Under the pieces are notes generated by a model that was given only the letters and a program-made list of their open reading frames with translations, did no database searches and was not told where the DNA came from. Below, piece after piece: positions 37,757 to 45,994 of a stretch of 64,000 bases of DNA. The position numbers were made by a program, and so were the translations under genes. This DNA comes from Jatrophihabitans sp. GTDB taxonomy: Bacteria; Actinomycetota; Actinomycetes; Mycobacteriales; Jatrophihabitantaceae. The DNA lies in the NCBI GenBank assembly GCA_035507775.1, contig DATJNU010000042.1:405-64404 (forward strand). Reading direction: 5' to 3'. Numbering within the stretch: position 1 is the first letter of the stretch; each line of letters starts with the position of its first letter.

Positions 37757-38512
37757 ATGTTCGCAGCACGGCCGCTGGCCGGCATCCGGAACAGGCTCAC
37801 CACCGGCATCGCGGCCGGTGCGCTGGCAGTCGGCGCGCTCGCCGCCGGCCTGCTCATGCCCGCCCAGGCGAACGCCGCCACCTACGTCCAGGGCATGGAC
37901 GTCTCCAGCTACCAGGGCAACGTCGCGTGGTCCACGGCGTACGCCAACGGCGCCCGGTTCGCCTATGTCAAGGCGACCGAGGGCACCACCTACACCAACC
38001 CGTACTTCGCCCAGCAGTACAACGGCTCCTACAGCGCGGGCATGATCCGCGGCGCGTACCACTTCGCCCACCCGAACAGCTCGTCCGGCACCGTCCAGGC
38101 CGACTACTTCGCCGCGCACGGTGGTGGCTGGTCCGCCGACGGCAAGACCCTGCCGCCGGCGCTGGACATCGAGTACAACCCGAGCGGCGCCGAGTGCTAC
38201 GGCCTGTCGCAGTCGGCGATGGTCAGCTGGGTCCGGGCGTTCTCGAACGAGATCCACGCCAAGTACAACAAGTACCCGATGATCTACACGACGCTGGACT
38301 GGTGGACGACCTGCACGGGCAACTCCAGCGCGTTCGCGTCGACGAACCCGTTCTGGATCGCCAAGTACAGCTCGACCGCGCCGACCCCGCCGGCCGGTAC
38401 TGCGACCTGGACCATGTGGCAGTACGCCGACTCCGGCACCTTCCCGGGCGACCAGGACTACTTCAACGGCCCGTACTCCTCGCTGCAGGCGCTGGCCACC
38501 AACCACGACTAG
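37757..38512 (+). CDS. secreted GH25 lysozyme (muramidase)
   Basis: ATG 37757 after GAGGAG. Signal peptide ...LLMPAQANA/ATY, then VQGMDVSSYQGNV...FAYVKATEGTTYTNPYF...YHFA...LDIEYNP. Confidence 0.9.
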   Translation: MFAARPLAGIRNRLTTGIAAGALAVGALAAGLLMPAQANAATYVQGMDVSSYQGNVAWSTAYANGARFAYVKATEGTTYTNPYFAQQYNGSYSAGMIRGAYHFAHPNSSSGTVQADYFAAHGGGWSADGKTLPPALDIEYNPSGAECYGLSQSAMVSWVRAFSNEIHAKYNKYPMIYTTLDWWTTCTGNSSAFASTNPFWIAKYSSTAPTPPAGTATWTMWQYADSGTFPGDQDYFNGPYSSLQALATNHD

Positions 38513-38529
38513 TCCGCTAGGCACGCGGC

Positions 38530-38557
38530 GGCCGTCCCCTGGCCTCAGGGGGCGGCC
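38530..38557 (+). terminator. hairpin downstream of the lysozyme gene
   Basis: GGCCGTCCCCTG-gcct-CAGGGGGCGGCC forms a 12-bp stem (one G-U), extendable by 2-3 bp, 18 nt after the stop at 38512. Confidence 0.55.
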
Positions 38558-38593
38558 GCTGTCGCATGTCCGGCCGGCGGTGCGGACCTCAGC

Positions 38594-38663
38594 TCGGCGG
38601 TGCGGCTTCAGGCGCGCGTGGTCCCAGGTCGGCGGTGCGGCTTCAGGCGGGCGTGGTCTCAGG
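38594..38663. repeat. 35-nt tandem duplication
   Basis: TCGGCGGTGCGGCTTCAGGCGCGCGTGGTCCCAGG (38594-38628) and TCGGCGGTGCGGCTTCAGGCGGGCGTGGTCTCAGG (38629-38663) are 33/35 identical. Partial copies flank both sides, and the last copy runs into the GNAT gene 3' end. Confidence 0.7.
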
Positions 38664-39204
38664 TCGGCGTGGTCGGCACCCAGAACCACAGCTTGCCGTC
38701 CCGCTCGCCGTCGAGCACGCCGTCGTTGTTCTCCATCACCCGGCGCGAGGCGAGATTGTCGGAGTCGCAGCTGATGAGCGCCTGGTCGAAACCGAGCGCC
38801 CGAGCGTGCGGGAGCGCCGCGCGCAGCATGGCGGTGCCGTGACCGCGGCGGCGGGCCCGCGGGGCGATGTCGTAGCCGATCAGGCCGGCATCCTCGAGTA
38901 CCGCCGGCACCATCTCGTGTCGGATCCGGATCGAGCCCAGGAACTCGGCCCCGTCGGCCCACCAGAACGTGCTGACGTGGGTCCAGTTCGGCGGCGCCGG
39001 CCGGCTGGTGTCGCCCGCGGCGTGCAGCGCGTCCAGGAACTCGGCGAAGCCGGCGTCGGACTGCCACCGGCCGGCGAACTCCGCGATGCCCCGGCCGAGG
39101 GCGGAGTCGTCGTCCGGGGCGCCGCGGCCCTCGGCGATGAAGTCGGCCATCGCGGCGCGGAAGGAATCGGCGTACTGGGGGGCGGGTCGGACGAGTTCGG
39201 GCAT
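38659..39204 (-). CDS. GNAT family N-acetyltransferase
   Basis: 181 aa with acetyl-CoA-binding motif A (IAPRARRRGHGTAMLRAALPHA). Confidence 0.8.
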   Translation of the reverse strand: MPELVRPAPQYADSFRAAMADFIAEGRGAPDDDSALGRGIAEFAGRWQSDAGFAEFLDALHAAGDTSRPAPPNWTHVSTFWWADGAEFLGSIRIRHEMVPAVLEDAGLIGYDIAPRARRRGHGTAMLRAALPHARALGFDQALISCDSDNLASRRVMENNDGVLDGERDGKLWFWVPTTPT

Positions 39205-39276
39205 GGCCAGATTCTGTCGGGACGCCCGCGCCGCGCGCGACCGGATTAGCGCCGGTCACCCGATAACGTGGGGGTG

Positions 39277-40362
39277 ATGGCTGACGATCCGGTGCGGCCG
39301 GACGTCCCCCGGCGGGGACGTCCGGGGGCCACCCTTGCCGCGGTGGCCGCCCGGGTCGGGGTCTCGCGGACGACCGTGTCCAATGCCTACAACCGGCCCG
39401 ACCAGCTGTCCGCGGACCTGCGCGACCGGGTCCTGGCGGCAGCCGTGGAGCTGGGCTATCCGGGGCCCGATCCGGTCGCCCGGTCACTGCGCACCCGGCA
39501 GGCCGACGCGGTCGGGCTGATCTTCGCCGAGCGCCTGGAGTATGCCTTCCACGACCCCGGTGCGGTGGAGTACGTCGGTGGCCTGGCTTCGGCCTGTACC
39601 GAACGCGGCCGGTCGCTGCTGATGGTGCCCGCCGGCCGCGACCACCTGGAGACGGTGCAGCGGGCGGCGGTGGATGGGTTCGTGGTCTCGGCGCTGTCGG
39701 CCGCCGACGAGCTGCTCGCCGCGGTGCTGGCCCGGCCGCAGCCGGCCGTGATCGTGGACACCCCGCTCGGGCTGCCCGGGGTGGACTTCGTCGGGATCGA
39801 CGACCGGGCCGGCTGCGCCCTGATCGGGGCACACGTCGCCGGGCTCGGCCACCGCCGGATCGGCGTGGTGGCGGTCCGCCGGGACGAGGACGTGCCGGCC
39901 GAGCCGAAGCCGTCCCCGCTGGCCGACCGGGTGGCCGCCGGAGCCGTCCGGCACCCGGTGCGTCAGCTGCGGCTGCTCGGGCTGCGCGACACGCTGCCAG
40001 CCGGGGCTCGCGTGCTGGTGACCGAGCGCGTGGCCAACTCCCGGGAGGAGGGCGCGCTGGGGGCCGCCGCGCTGCTCGGTGCGGCGCCGGACCTGACCGC
40101 GGTGCTGTGCCTGTCGGACATCCTGGCACTCGGCGTGCTGGACGAGCTGCAGGCGCGGGGCCGGCCGGGGGTCACGGTGACCGGGTTCGACGACGTGCCG
40201 GCCGCGGCCGGAGCGGGGCTGACCACGGTGCGGCAGCCGCTGGCCGGCAAGGGACGGGCGGCGATCGAGTTGCTGCTCGACGACCGGCCCCGGGCCACGG
40301 CGGTCCAGCGGCTGCTGCCGTGCGAGCTGGTGGTGCGGGGCAGCTCCGGGCCGCCGGGCTGA
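39277..40362 (+). CDS. LacI family transcriptional regulator
   Basis: HTH ATLAAVAARVGVSRTTVSNAYN plus a periplasmic-binding-like effector domain. The start is ATG 39277 or GTG 39268. Confidence 0.9.
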   Translation: MADDPVRPDVPRRGRPGATLAAVAARVGVSRTTVSNAYNRPDQLSADLRDRVLAAAVELGYPGPDPVARSLRTRQADAVGLIFAERLEYAFHDPGAVEYVGGLASACTERGRSLLMVPAGRDHLETVQRAAVDGFVVSALSAADELLAAVLARPQPAVIVDTPLGLPGVDFVGIDDRAGCALIGAHVAGLGHRRIGVVAVRRDEDVPAEPKPSPLADRVAAGAVRHPVRQLRLLGLRDTLPAGARVLVTERVANSREEGALGAAALLGAAPDLTAVLCLSDILALGVLDELQARGRPGVTVTGFDDVPAAAGAGLTTVRQPLAGKGRAAIELLLDDRPRATAVQRLLPCELVVRGSSGPPG

Positions 40363-40377
40363 GGGCGTGGCTGCGGG

Positions 40378-41142
40378 TCAGGCCGGCCGGTCGCCGGCGG
40401 TGTGCGGGTCCCCAGGGTGCTGGTCCGTGGGGCGCTCCGCCGCCGGGTGGCCGTCGGCGCTCGTCCGCGCCAGCGCCACCTGCTCGCCGACCGCGGCCAT
40501 GATCCGGTCGGTCATCGCGCGCAGCAGCTCGGCCGACGGCTCGGAGCCGGGTTGGCCGCGGAACTCGGCCAGGTCGACCGGCTCGCCGAGCGAGGCCTCG
40601 TGCCGGTGCCGGGGCAGTGGCCGGAACTGGCCGCCGCGGCCCAGCGTCCGGTGCGCGCCCCACTGGCCGATCGGGATCACCGGGACGTCCGGGCAGGCCA
40701 GGGCCAGCCGGGCGACGCCGGTGCGGGCCTGCATCGGGGTGTAGTCGGGGTTGCGGGTGATGGTGCCCTCGGGGTAGATGATCACGCACTCCCCGGCCTG
40801 CAGCGCGGCCACCGCCGCCCGCAGCGAATCTGCGGCCTGGTCGCTGCCCCGGTAGACCGGCAGCTGGCCGGCGCCGGCCATCACCCGGCCGACCACCGGC
40901 CACTCGAAGACGGTGTGCTTGATCAGGAAGCGCGGGATGCGACCGGACTGCCAGATCAGCCGGGCCATCGTCGCGGTGTCGGCCTGCGAGATGTGGTTGA
41001 CCGCGACCAGCACGCCGCCGGTGGCCGGCATCCGGTCGAGGTGATGCCAGCGGAGCTTGAAGAGCAGGCTGTCGAGGGGGTAGAGGACGATCACGCAGAG
41101 GCGGATCCAGAAGCCGGCGCGGGGCTTGTGCAGGCGGGTCAC
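40378..41142 (-). CDS. 1-acyl-sn-glycerol-3-phosphate acyltransferase-like (PlsC family)
   Basis: This is the C-terminal part of track ORF 40378..42783. It carries the H-x4-D motif VAVNHISQADT and IIYPEGT. The start is set at GTG comp. 41140-41142. Confidence 0.85.
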   Translation of the reverse strand: MTRLHKPRAGFWIRLCVIVLYPLDSLLFKLRWHHLDRMPATGGVLVAVNHISQADTATMARLIWQSGRIPRFLIKHTVFEWPVVGRVMAGAGQLPVYRGSDQAADSLRAAVAALQAGECVIIYPEGTITRNPDYTPMQARTGVARLALACPDVPVIPIGQWGAHRTLGRGGQFRPLPRHRHEASLGEPVDLAEFRGQPGSEPSAELLRAMTDRIMAAVGEQVALARTSADGHPAAERPTDQHPGDPHTAGDRPA

Positions 41143-41245
41143 GCGGTCATTCGTACCGGGCCGGCCGGCGGATCGACCCGGCGGGGTGTTCGGTGGCCGG
41201 TCGCTGTCTAGGATTGCGGTGCCCCGGGTGTAGCGCCGGGGTGTG

Positions 41246-41321
41246 GCCGGCGTGGCGCAATTGGTAGCGCACTCGACTTGTAATCGAGCGGTTCGGGGTT
41301 CGAGTCCCCGCGTCGGCTCCA
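41246..41321 (+). tRNA. tRNA-Thr (anticodon UGU), CCA encoded
   Basis: Hand-folded 76-nt cloverleaf: acceptor GCCGGCG/CGTCGGC (one G-U), D arm GCGC-AATTGGTA-GCGC, anticodon arm CTCGA-CTTGTAA-TCGAG, variable loop CGGTT, T arm CGGGG-TTCGAGT-CCCCG, discriminator T, CCA. Confidence 0.9.
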
Positions 41322-41329
41322 GTCCGTCG

Positions 41330-41414
41330 CTTCGAGTCCGTCGGGCTCCAGGCCGTCGGTTCCGGCTCCGGCTTCGTCGGTTCGAGTTCGTCGGGCTCCG
41401 GCTCGTCGGCTCCA
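41330..41414 (+). repeat. degenerate tandem copies of the tRNA-Thr 3' end (T-loop/acceptor)
   Basis: The tRNA ends GGTTCGAGTCCCCGCGTCGGCTCCA. Downstream copies are CTTCGAGTCCGTCGGGCTCCA (41330-41350), GGTTCGAGTTCGTCGGGCTCC (41379-41399) and GGCTCGTCGGCTCCA (41400-41414), with extra CGTCGG units between them. Confidence 0.6.
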
Positions 41415-41481
41415 GGCGGGGTAGGTTCCCGGTGCCGTGGTGTTGTCTGTCCAGACGTTCCCATCCCGGAGGAGGCCGTCC

Positions 41482-41865
41482 GTGTCGCTGACGATGAAAC
41501 TCGAGCTGGTGCCGGTCCCGGTGTCCGACATCGACCGGGCGGCGGCCTTCTACGCCGACCGGCTGGGCTTCACCCTCGACCACGACGTCCAGCCGCAGCC
41601 GGGCCAGCGCTTCGTGCAGCTGACCCCGCCGGGTTCGGCGGCCTCGATCGTGCTGGGCACCGGCCTCTACGAGCCGGCGATGTCCGGCCGGCTGCGGGGA
41701 CTGCACCTGGTGGTCGCCGATGTCGCCGCCGCCCGGCAGCAGCTGGTCGCCGCCGGGGTGGCGGTCAGCGAGGTGGTCGATCTGGGTGGCGTGCACTACG
41801 CGCATTTCGCCGATCCGGACGGCAACACCTGGGCGCTGCAGCAGATCGGCCCGTTTCCGTCCTGA
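41482..41865 (+). CDS. VOC (glyoxalase/bleomycin-resistance/dioxygenase) family protein
   Basis: GTG 41482 lies 6 nt after GGAGGAGG (ATG 41494 is an alternative). KLELVPVPVSDIDRAAAFYADRLGF...HYAHFADPDGNTWALQQ. Confidence 0.8.
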   Translation: MSLTMKLELVPVPVSDIDRAAAFYADRLGFTLDHDVQPQPGQRFVQLTPPGSAASIVLGTGLYEPAMSGRLRGLHLVVADVAAARQQLVAAGVAVSEVVDLGGVHYAHFADPDGNTWALQQIGPFPS

Positions 41866-41979
41866 GCTGGCGAAACCGGCGCCGGGCCGCGAGACTGGAT
41901 CGCGGCGACATTCCGGTCCGGTGCCGGGCGGCTCGCCGTCGGTCGTGACCCGGGCAGGTCGGGTCCCGGGGGAGGCGCG

Positions 41980-42738
41980 ATGGTCTGGACGGGGGACGCG
42001 CGCTACCGCCTGGCGCCGGCACTGCTGACCCTGCTGCATCAGTTGCAGGCCGACTACCCCGGCGCGGGCTGGCTGAACTCGCCGCAGACGGGCACCATCG
42101 GTGATGCCGCGCATTTCGCCGAGGGCTCCGCCTCCGATCACAACCCGTGGCTGGACGGCACGGTGCGCGCGCTGGACATCGCCGCGGACGTGAGCGGGGT
42201 GCCCGGCGTGGTGCCGGTCCGCGATGCGCCCGACTGCGAGGCCTTGTTCGGGATGGTCAACCGGATGTACGCCGCCCGCGACGTCCGGGTCTACCCCGAC
42301 GGCTACGCGATCTATCGCGGCCGGATCACCGACTGGGACAACCCGGGCGGCTACCACGCCCAGCAGGGTGACCCGCACCAGTACCACCTGCACATCTCGG
42401 TGAGCCGGAACCCGGCCGGCTTCGGCTCGACGGCGCCGTGGCCGGTGCCTGGGGAGCAGCCGATGGCCGGGCCGGGCACACCGGCTGCGGGTGGGGTATC
42501 GATGGCGATGGAGGATGCCGTGTTCCATGTGATCCGCAACCAGGAGACCGGCGCGGTCCGCGCCTGCGGGCCGAGCATGTGGGTCTCGCTGAACGCCACC
42601 TCCGATGCCGAGACCCAGGCCAACATCGACCTGGCCCGCGGCCTGCCGACCTGTGCCAGCCAGACGGTGGAGGAGGTCTCCAGCGCGCGGATGGCCTGGC
42701 TGAAGCGCTTCTACACCACCGGAACGGTGTCGGAGTGA
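41980..42738 (+). CDS. hypothetical protein; His/Asp motifs faintly reminiscent of LAS/M15-type zinc peptidases
   Basis: 252 aa with good codon bias. It contains GDAAHFAEGSASDHNPW...RALDIA...YHLHISV, but the spacings do not match the canonical S-x-H-x2-G-x-A-x-D motif. Confidence 0.45.
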   Translation: MVWTGDARYRLAPALLTLLHQLQADYPGAGWLNSPQTGTIGDAAHFAEGSASDHNPWLDGTVRALDIAADVSGVPGVVPVRDAPDCEALFGMVNRMYAARDVRVYPDGYAIYRGRITDWDNPGGYHAQQGDPHQYHLHISVSRNPAGFGSTAPWPVPGEQPMAGPGTPAAGGVSMAMEDAVFHVIRNQETGAVRACGPSMWVSLNATSDAETQANIDLARGLPTCASQTVEEVSSARMAWLKRFYTTGTVSE

Positions 42739-42766
42739 CCTCGCCGGCCGCTCCCGGACGAGCGGG

Positions 42767-44125
42767 TCAGGTCGCCCCGGCACGGTAGGCCGGCGCGACC
42801 CGGGGCCATGGGTTCAGCCGTTCCAGGTGGCGGGCCACCGCGAGCAGCGTCGCCTCGCCGCCCGGCGGCCCGACGAGCTGGACCGACAGCGGCAGGCCGG
42901 ACGGGTGCACGCCGGCCGGTACCGCCATCGCGGGCCAGCCGGCCAGGTTCCAGGCCGCGGCGAACGGCGCGTACCGGATGCTGGCCAGCACGTTCGCGGC
43001 CCAGCTGCGGGTGTGCCAGGCGTGGGCCGGCAACGGCAGTTGGGCGAGCGTCGGGGTGATCAGCACGTCGACCTGCGCGAAGTAGCGCCGGGCGGCCTGC
43101 TGCCACGCCGTGCGCCCGCCCGGGCGCGGCCCGCCGGCGGCCCGGATCAGCCGGCCGAGCCGGGCGTGCATGGCGACCGGGCCGTCGAGCCGGGACCGGT
43201 CCAGCGTGCTGGCATCGCGTTCGGCACCGGCGAACCAGCGGGCCAGGGCCGCCGGGCCCGCCATCGTGGGGTAGTGCAGCTCGGCATGCTCGACCGGAAA
43301 GCCGGCCGAGGCGAGCAGGTCGCCGGCCCGCAGCGCGGCGCCGGCATACTCCCGGTCCACCGGCAGGCCGGGCAGCGGGGCCTTGACCGAGATGCCGATC
43401 CGCGGCCGGGAGTCGAGGTCGCGCGGGCCGGCGAGTTCGGGCCGCTCGGCCATCACCGAGAGCAACAGCGCGCAGTCCTCGACGGTGGTGGCAAGCGGCC
43501 CGTTCTCGGCCATGTCGAACCACGAACCATTGCCCAGCTGGGAGGGGACGGTACCCAGGCCCGGCTTGATGCCGACCAGGCCGGTGCAGGCCGCCGGGAT
43601 GCGGATCGAGCCCATGCCGTCGTTGCCGTGCGCGGCCGGCACCAGCCCGCCGGCCACCGCCGCGGCGCTGCCCCCGGAGGACCCGCCGGGGCTGCGGTCG
43701 AGATCCCACGGATTGCGGGTGATCCCGGTCGCGGCCGAATCGGTTGCCCCGAAGACACACAGCTCGGGGACGTTGGTGAGCCCGACGACGACGGCGCCGG
43801 CCCGGCGCAGCCGGGCCACCACCTCGTGGTCGGCCTGCTGGGGCGTGCGGTCCCCGGCGAGGGTCCCGTTGCCCAGGTACTCACCCGCGACCGGCACGTT
43901 GTCCTTGACCGCCAGCGGGATTCCGGCGAGCGGCAACCGGGCCCGGTCGGGGTGTGCGTGCACTCGTTCGGCCTCGGCGCGGGCCTGATCGGCTCGGACG
44001 GTCCGGAACGCGCGCAGGTCACCGTCATGGGTCGCGATCCGGTGCAGCGCCTGCTCGAGAAGCTCCGGTGCGGACCGGGCACCGGTGCGCACCGCTTCGG
44101 CGGTCTCTGCCGCGGTCATCGTCAT
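42767..44125 (-). CDS. amidase (amidase-signature family)
   Basis: 452 aa: GIPLAVKDN...[14 protein letters not shown]...GNDGMGSIRIPAA. Confidence 0.9.
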   Translation of the reverse strand: MTMTAAETAEAVRTGARSAPELLEQALHRIATHDGDLRAFRTVRADQARAEAERVHAHPDRARLPLAGIPLAVKDNVPVAGEYLGNGTLAGDRTPQQADHEVVARLRRAGAVVVGLTNVPELCVFGATDSAATGITRNPWDLDRSPGGSSGGSAAAVAGGLVPAAHGNDGMGSIRIPAACTGLVGIKPGLGTVPSQLGNGSWFDMAENGPLATTVEDCALLLSVMAERPELAGPRDLDSRPRIGISVKAPLPGLPVDREYAGAALRAGDLLASAGFPVEHAELHYPTMAGPAALARWFAGAERDASTLDRSRLDGPVAMHARLGRLIRAAGGPRPGGRTAWQQAARRYFAQVDVLITPTLAQLPLPAHAWHTRSWAANVLASIRYAPFAAAWNLAGWPAMAVPAGVHPSGLPLSVQLVGPPGGEATLLAVARHLERLNPWPRVAPAYRAGAT

Positions 44126-44199
44126 GGCCGCATCATCGCCTGCCGGCGTGGTTGCCGGAAGCGTGGTTGCCGGCGGCTGCGGGGTATTACGGTCGAAGC

Positions 44200-44379
44200 A
44201 TGACCGAGCATCCGGATCCCGACCGCGTCCAGCGGCGTGCGCACGAGCTGAACCCCGAGGAACTTGCGGTCGGCAGCGACGATCCGGAGGCGCAGGCCGA
44301 GGCGATCCTCGCGGATTCCGACGAGCGCACCGAGCATCCCGAGCGAGCGGCGCGAGAGTCCACCCAGACCCCCGACTGA
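44200..44379 (+). CDS. small acidic hypothetical protein (weak call)
   Basis: ATG 44200, 59 aa: MTEHPDPDRVQRRAHELNPEELAVGSDDPEAQAEAILADSDERTEHPERAARESTQTPD. I recognise no motif. Confidence 0.35.
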   Translation: MTEHPDPDRVQRRAHELNPEELAVGSDDPEAQAEAILADSDERTEHPERAARESTQTPD

Positions 44380-44402
44380 GGCCGTGCGGCCGGGCGGTCC
44401 GG

Positions 44403-45275
44403 TCACCGGCTGACCAGGGTGCTGTGTGCCTGGCGGACGGTCAGCGCGGCCGTCGCGGGCTGGCGGGCGGTGACCGCGCCGGGGATGTCCTGCCACTGCT
44501 GGCCGGCGATTCGGTATTGTCCCTGCCAGTAGGTGCGAGCCGTGACCGTGACCGGCCCCGCGCCGCGGTAGGTGTGGCCGAATTCGGCCGCGCAGTTGCC
44601 GCAGTCGTGCGACGGGTCGTACGGCGTGCCCGGCGTCGGGGCGAGCGTGTCACCGGTGCCGTCGCCGAAGTCGAAGTCGGTGCGCAGGTAGTGCACGCGC
44701 AGCTCGACCGGGAAGCCGACGAGAGCCGCCCGACCGAGGTTGACAGTGCTCGCGGTGTGCACCCAGTAGAGCGTCTTGAGATTGACCAGACCGGTTCCGG
44801 TGTCGGGTGAAACGCCGATGGAGGGCGGCGTCAGCAGCCGGATGAGCTCGTCGCGCAAGGCGGCCGCGGACGGCATCGGCGCGTCCACTCCGGCGCACCA
44901 TTGCGCGATCGGGACCGGTGGATCGGTGAGTGCGACGGTCGTCATGAACTGGTGCGGGGTGGGATTGTTCGGAGTGGGTGGGCACGGAAAGCCGGTAGCG
45001 CCGCAGCTCTTGTTCCAGTGGGTGTGATCGTCCTTGGCGGTCGCGTAGCCACAGTCGACGACCAGCACCGGCAACCCGCCGGCGGCTGGCAGGTCCGTCG
45101 TGCGGACGTCACAGGAACCGGACGCGCCGACAAAGCCAGGACCGGTAGCGCCGGTCAGGACGCTGTCTCCCGCGGAACCGCAGTCTGAAGAGTCAGCATA
45201 CGAAGATGAGCATGTCTTCAGGGTTGATGAGATTAGTGCGGCCAAACACAGCAATAGCGATAGTCTGTGGTTCAC
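44403..45275 (-). CDS. secreted protein with PKD-like domain
   Basis: The preferred start is GTG comp. 45273-45275, forming a GTGA overlap with the upstream stop (the track start is 45302). Signal-like N-terminus VNHRLSLLLCLAALISS. PKD signature DFDFGDGTGD...HTYRGAGPVTVTARTYW. The N-terminal codons are atypical (CTA, TTG, TCA). Confidence 0.6.
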   Translation of the reverse strand: MNHRLSLLLCLAALISSTLKTCSSSYADSSDCGSAGDSVLTGATGPGFVGASGSCDVRTTDLPAAGGLPVLVVDCGYATAKDDHTHWNKSCGATGFPCPPTPNNPTPHQFMTTVALTDPPVPIAQWCAGVDAPMPSAAALRDELIRLLTPPSIGVSPDTGTGLVNLKTLYWVHTASTVNLGRAALVGFPVELRVHYLRTDFDFGDGTGDTLAPTPGTPYDPSHDCGNCAAEFGHTYRGAGPVTVTARTYWQGQYRIAGQQWQDIPGAVTARQPATAALTVRQAHSTLVSR

Positions 45276-45943
45276 AAGCGGCTCAGATAAGTTGTTTGCC
45301 AACGTGCATGATCGGAGACGGCGCAGAGTTTGAACCGCAACCCGCGAGCTGCCGCCGATCCATTGGCGACGTTCCCTTTTGCGTCTACGACCGAAGTTGT
45401 TGAAACGTTGACGGTAACCACTGAGCAGTACTCCGCAGGTGCTGTAACGGGTTCTATAGATGTCGGGACAACTGAGGTTTCGGTGATTCGGCCGCCCTCA
45501 TAGCTGTGTCCGGCGGTCGCGGTTTTCGCTATGCCTGTCGCGAGTCCGCTGCATTGGCCGCAGGTCGGGCCGTAGTAGTGCTTCATGTAGGACGGGTTGG
45601 TGGTGGCATAGGCCCAATCCAGGGTCTTCATGAAGAACTCGGCGAAGGCGTTCGCACCGGCCTGGGTCCGGGCCGAGGCGGCGGCCGGGTAGATCGGTGG
45701 CTTCTCGCCCGGCCGTACGTTGTGCCCGGTCAGCGGGACGTCCGCCGGGTAGACCGGGCTGGGGCTGGCCGGGACCGCAGCGGACGACGCGGCACCGGAG
45801 GAGCCCGGTGCGGACGATCCCGCCGGCACGGTCGAGAGGTTCGGGGCCGGGTCACCGCCGCCGCAGGCCACCAGCGCTGTCACCACGAGGCCGAGACCGA
45901 CAAAAGCCATCAAACGTCCTGGACCCCGCATGCCCACCATCAT
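45272..45943 (-). CDS. lipoprotein of unknown function
   Basis: Signal peptide with lipobox LVACGG, then a Ser/Ala/Pro linker and a domain containing FAEFFMKTLDWAYATTNPSYMKHYYGPTCGQCSG. The 3' third lies in the low-G+C patch. Confidence 0.65.
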   Translation of the reverse strand: MMVGMRGPGRLMAFVGLGLVVTALVACGGGDPAPNLSTVPAGSSAPGSSGAASSAAVPASPSPVYPADVPLTGHNVRPGEKPPIYPAAASARTQAGANAFAEFFMKTLDWAYATTNPSYMKHYYGPTCGQCSGLATGIAKTATAGHSYEGGRITETSVVPTSIEPVTAPAEYCSVVTVNVSTTSVVDAKGNVANGSAAARGLRFKLCAVSDHARWQTTYLSRL

Positions 45944-45994
45944 GCCTGAAGTTCGGAATCGAGCATTCCGGCCTGTGGATAACCCTTCGGGGCA

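Noticed and set aside
37703-40129. 808-aa minus-strand ORF
   Set aside because: It is low-complexity (PRAG-rich) and runs antisense or out of frame across the GH25 lysozyme, GNAT and LacI genes, which all have recognisable motifs.
41322-45990. Intact integrated element or prophage downstream of tRNA-Thr
   Set aside because: No integrase, excisionase, replication, transfer or capsid genes are present, and I found no distal att copy. Only the att-like scars and compositional oddities remain (kept as lower-confidence findings).
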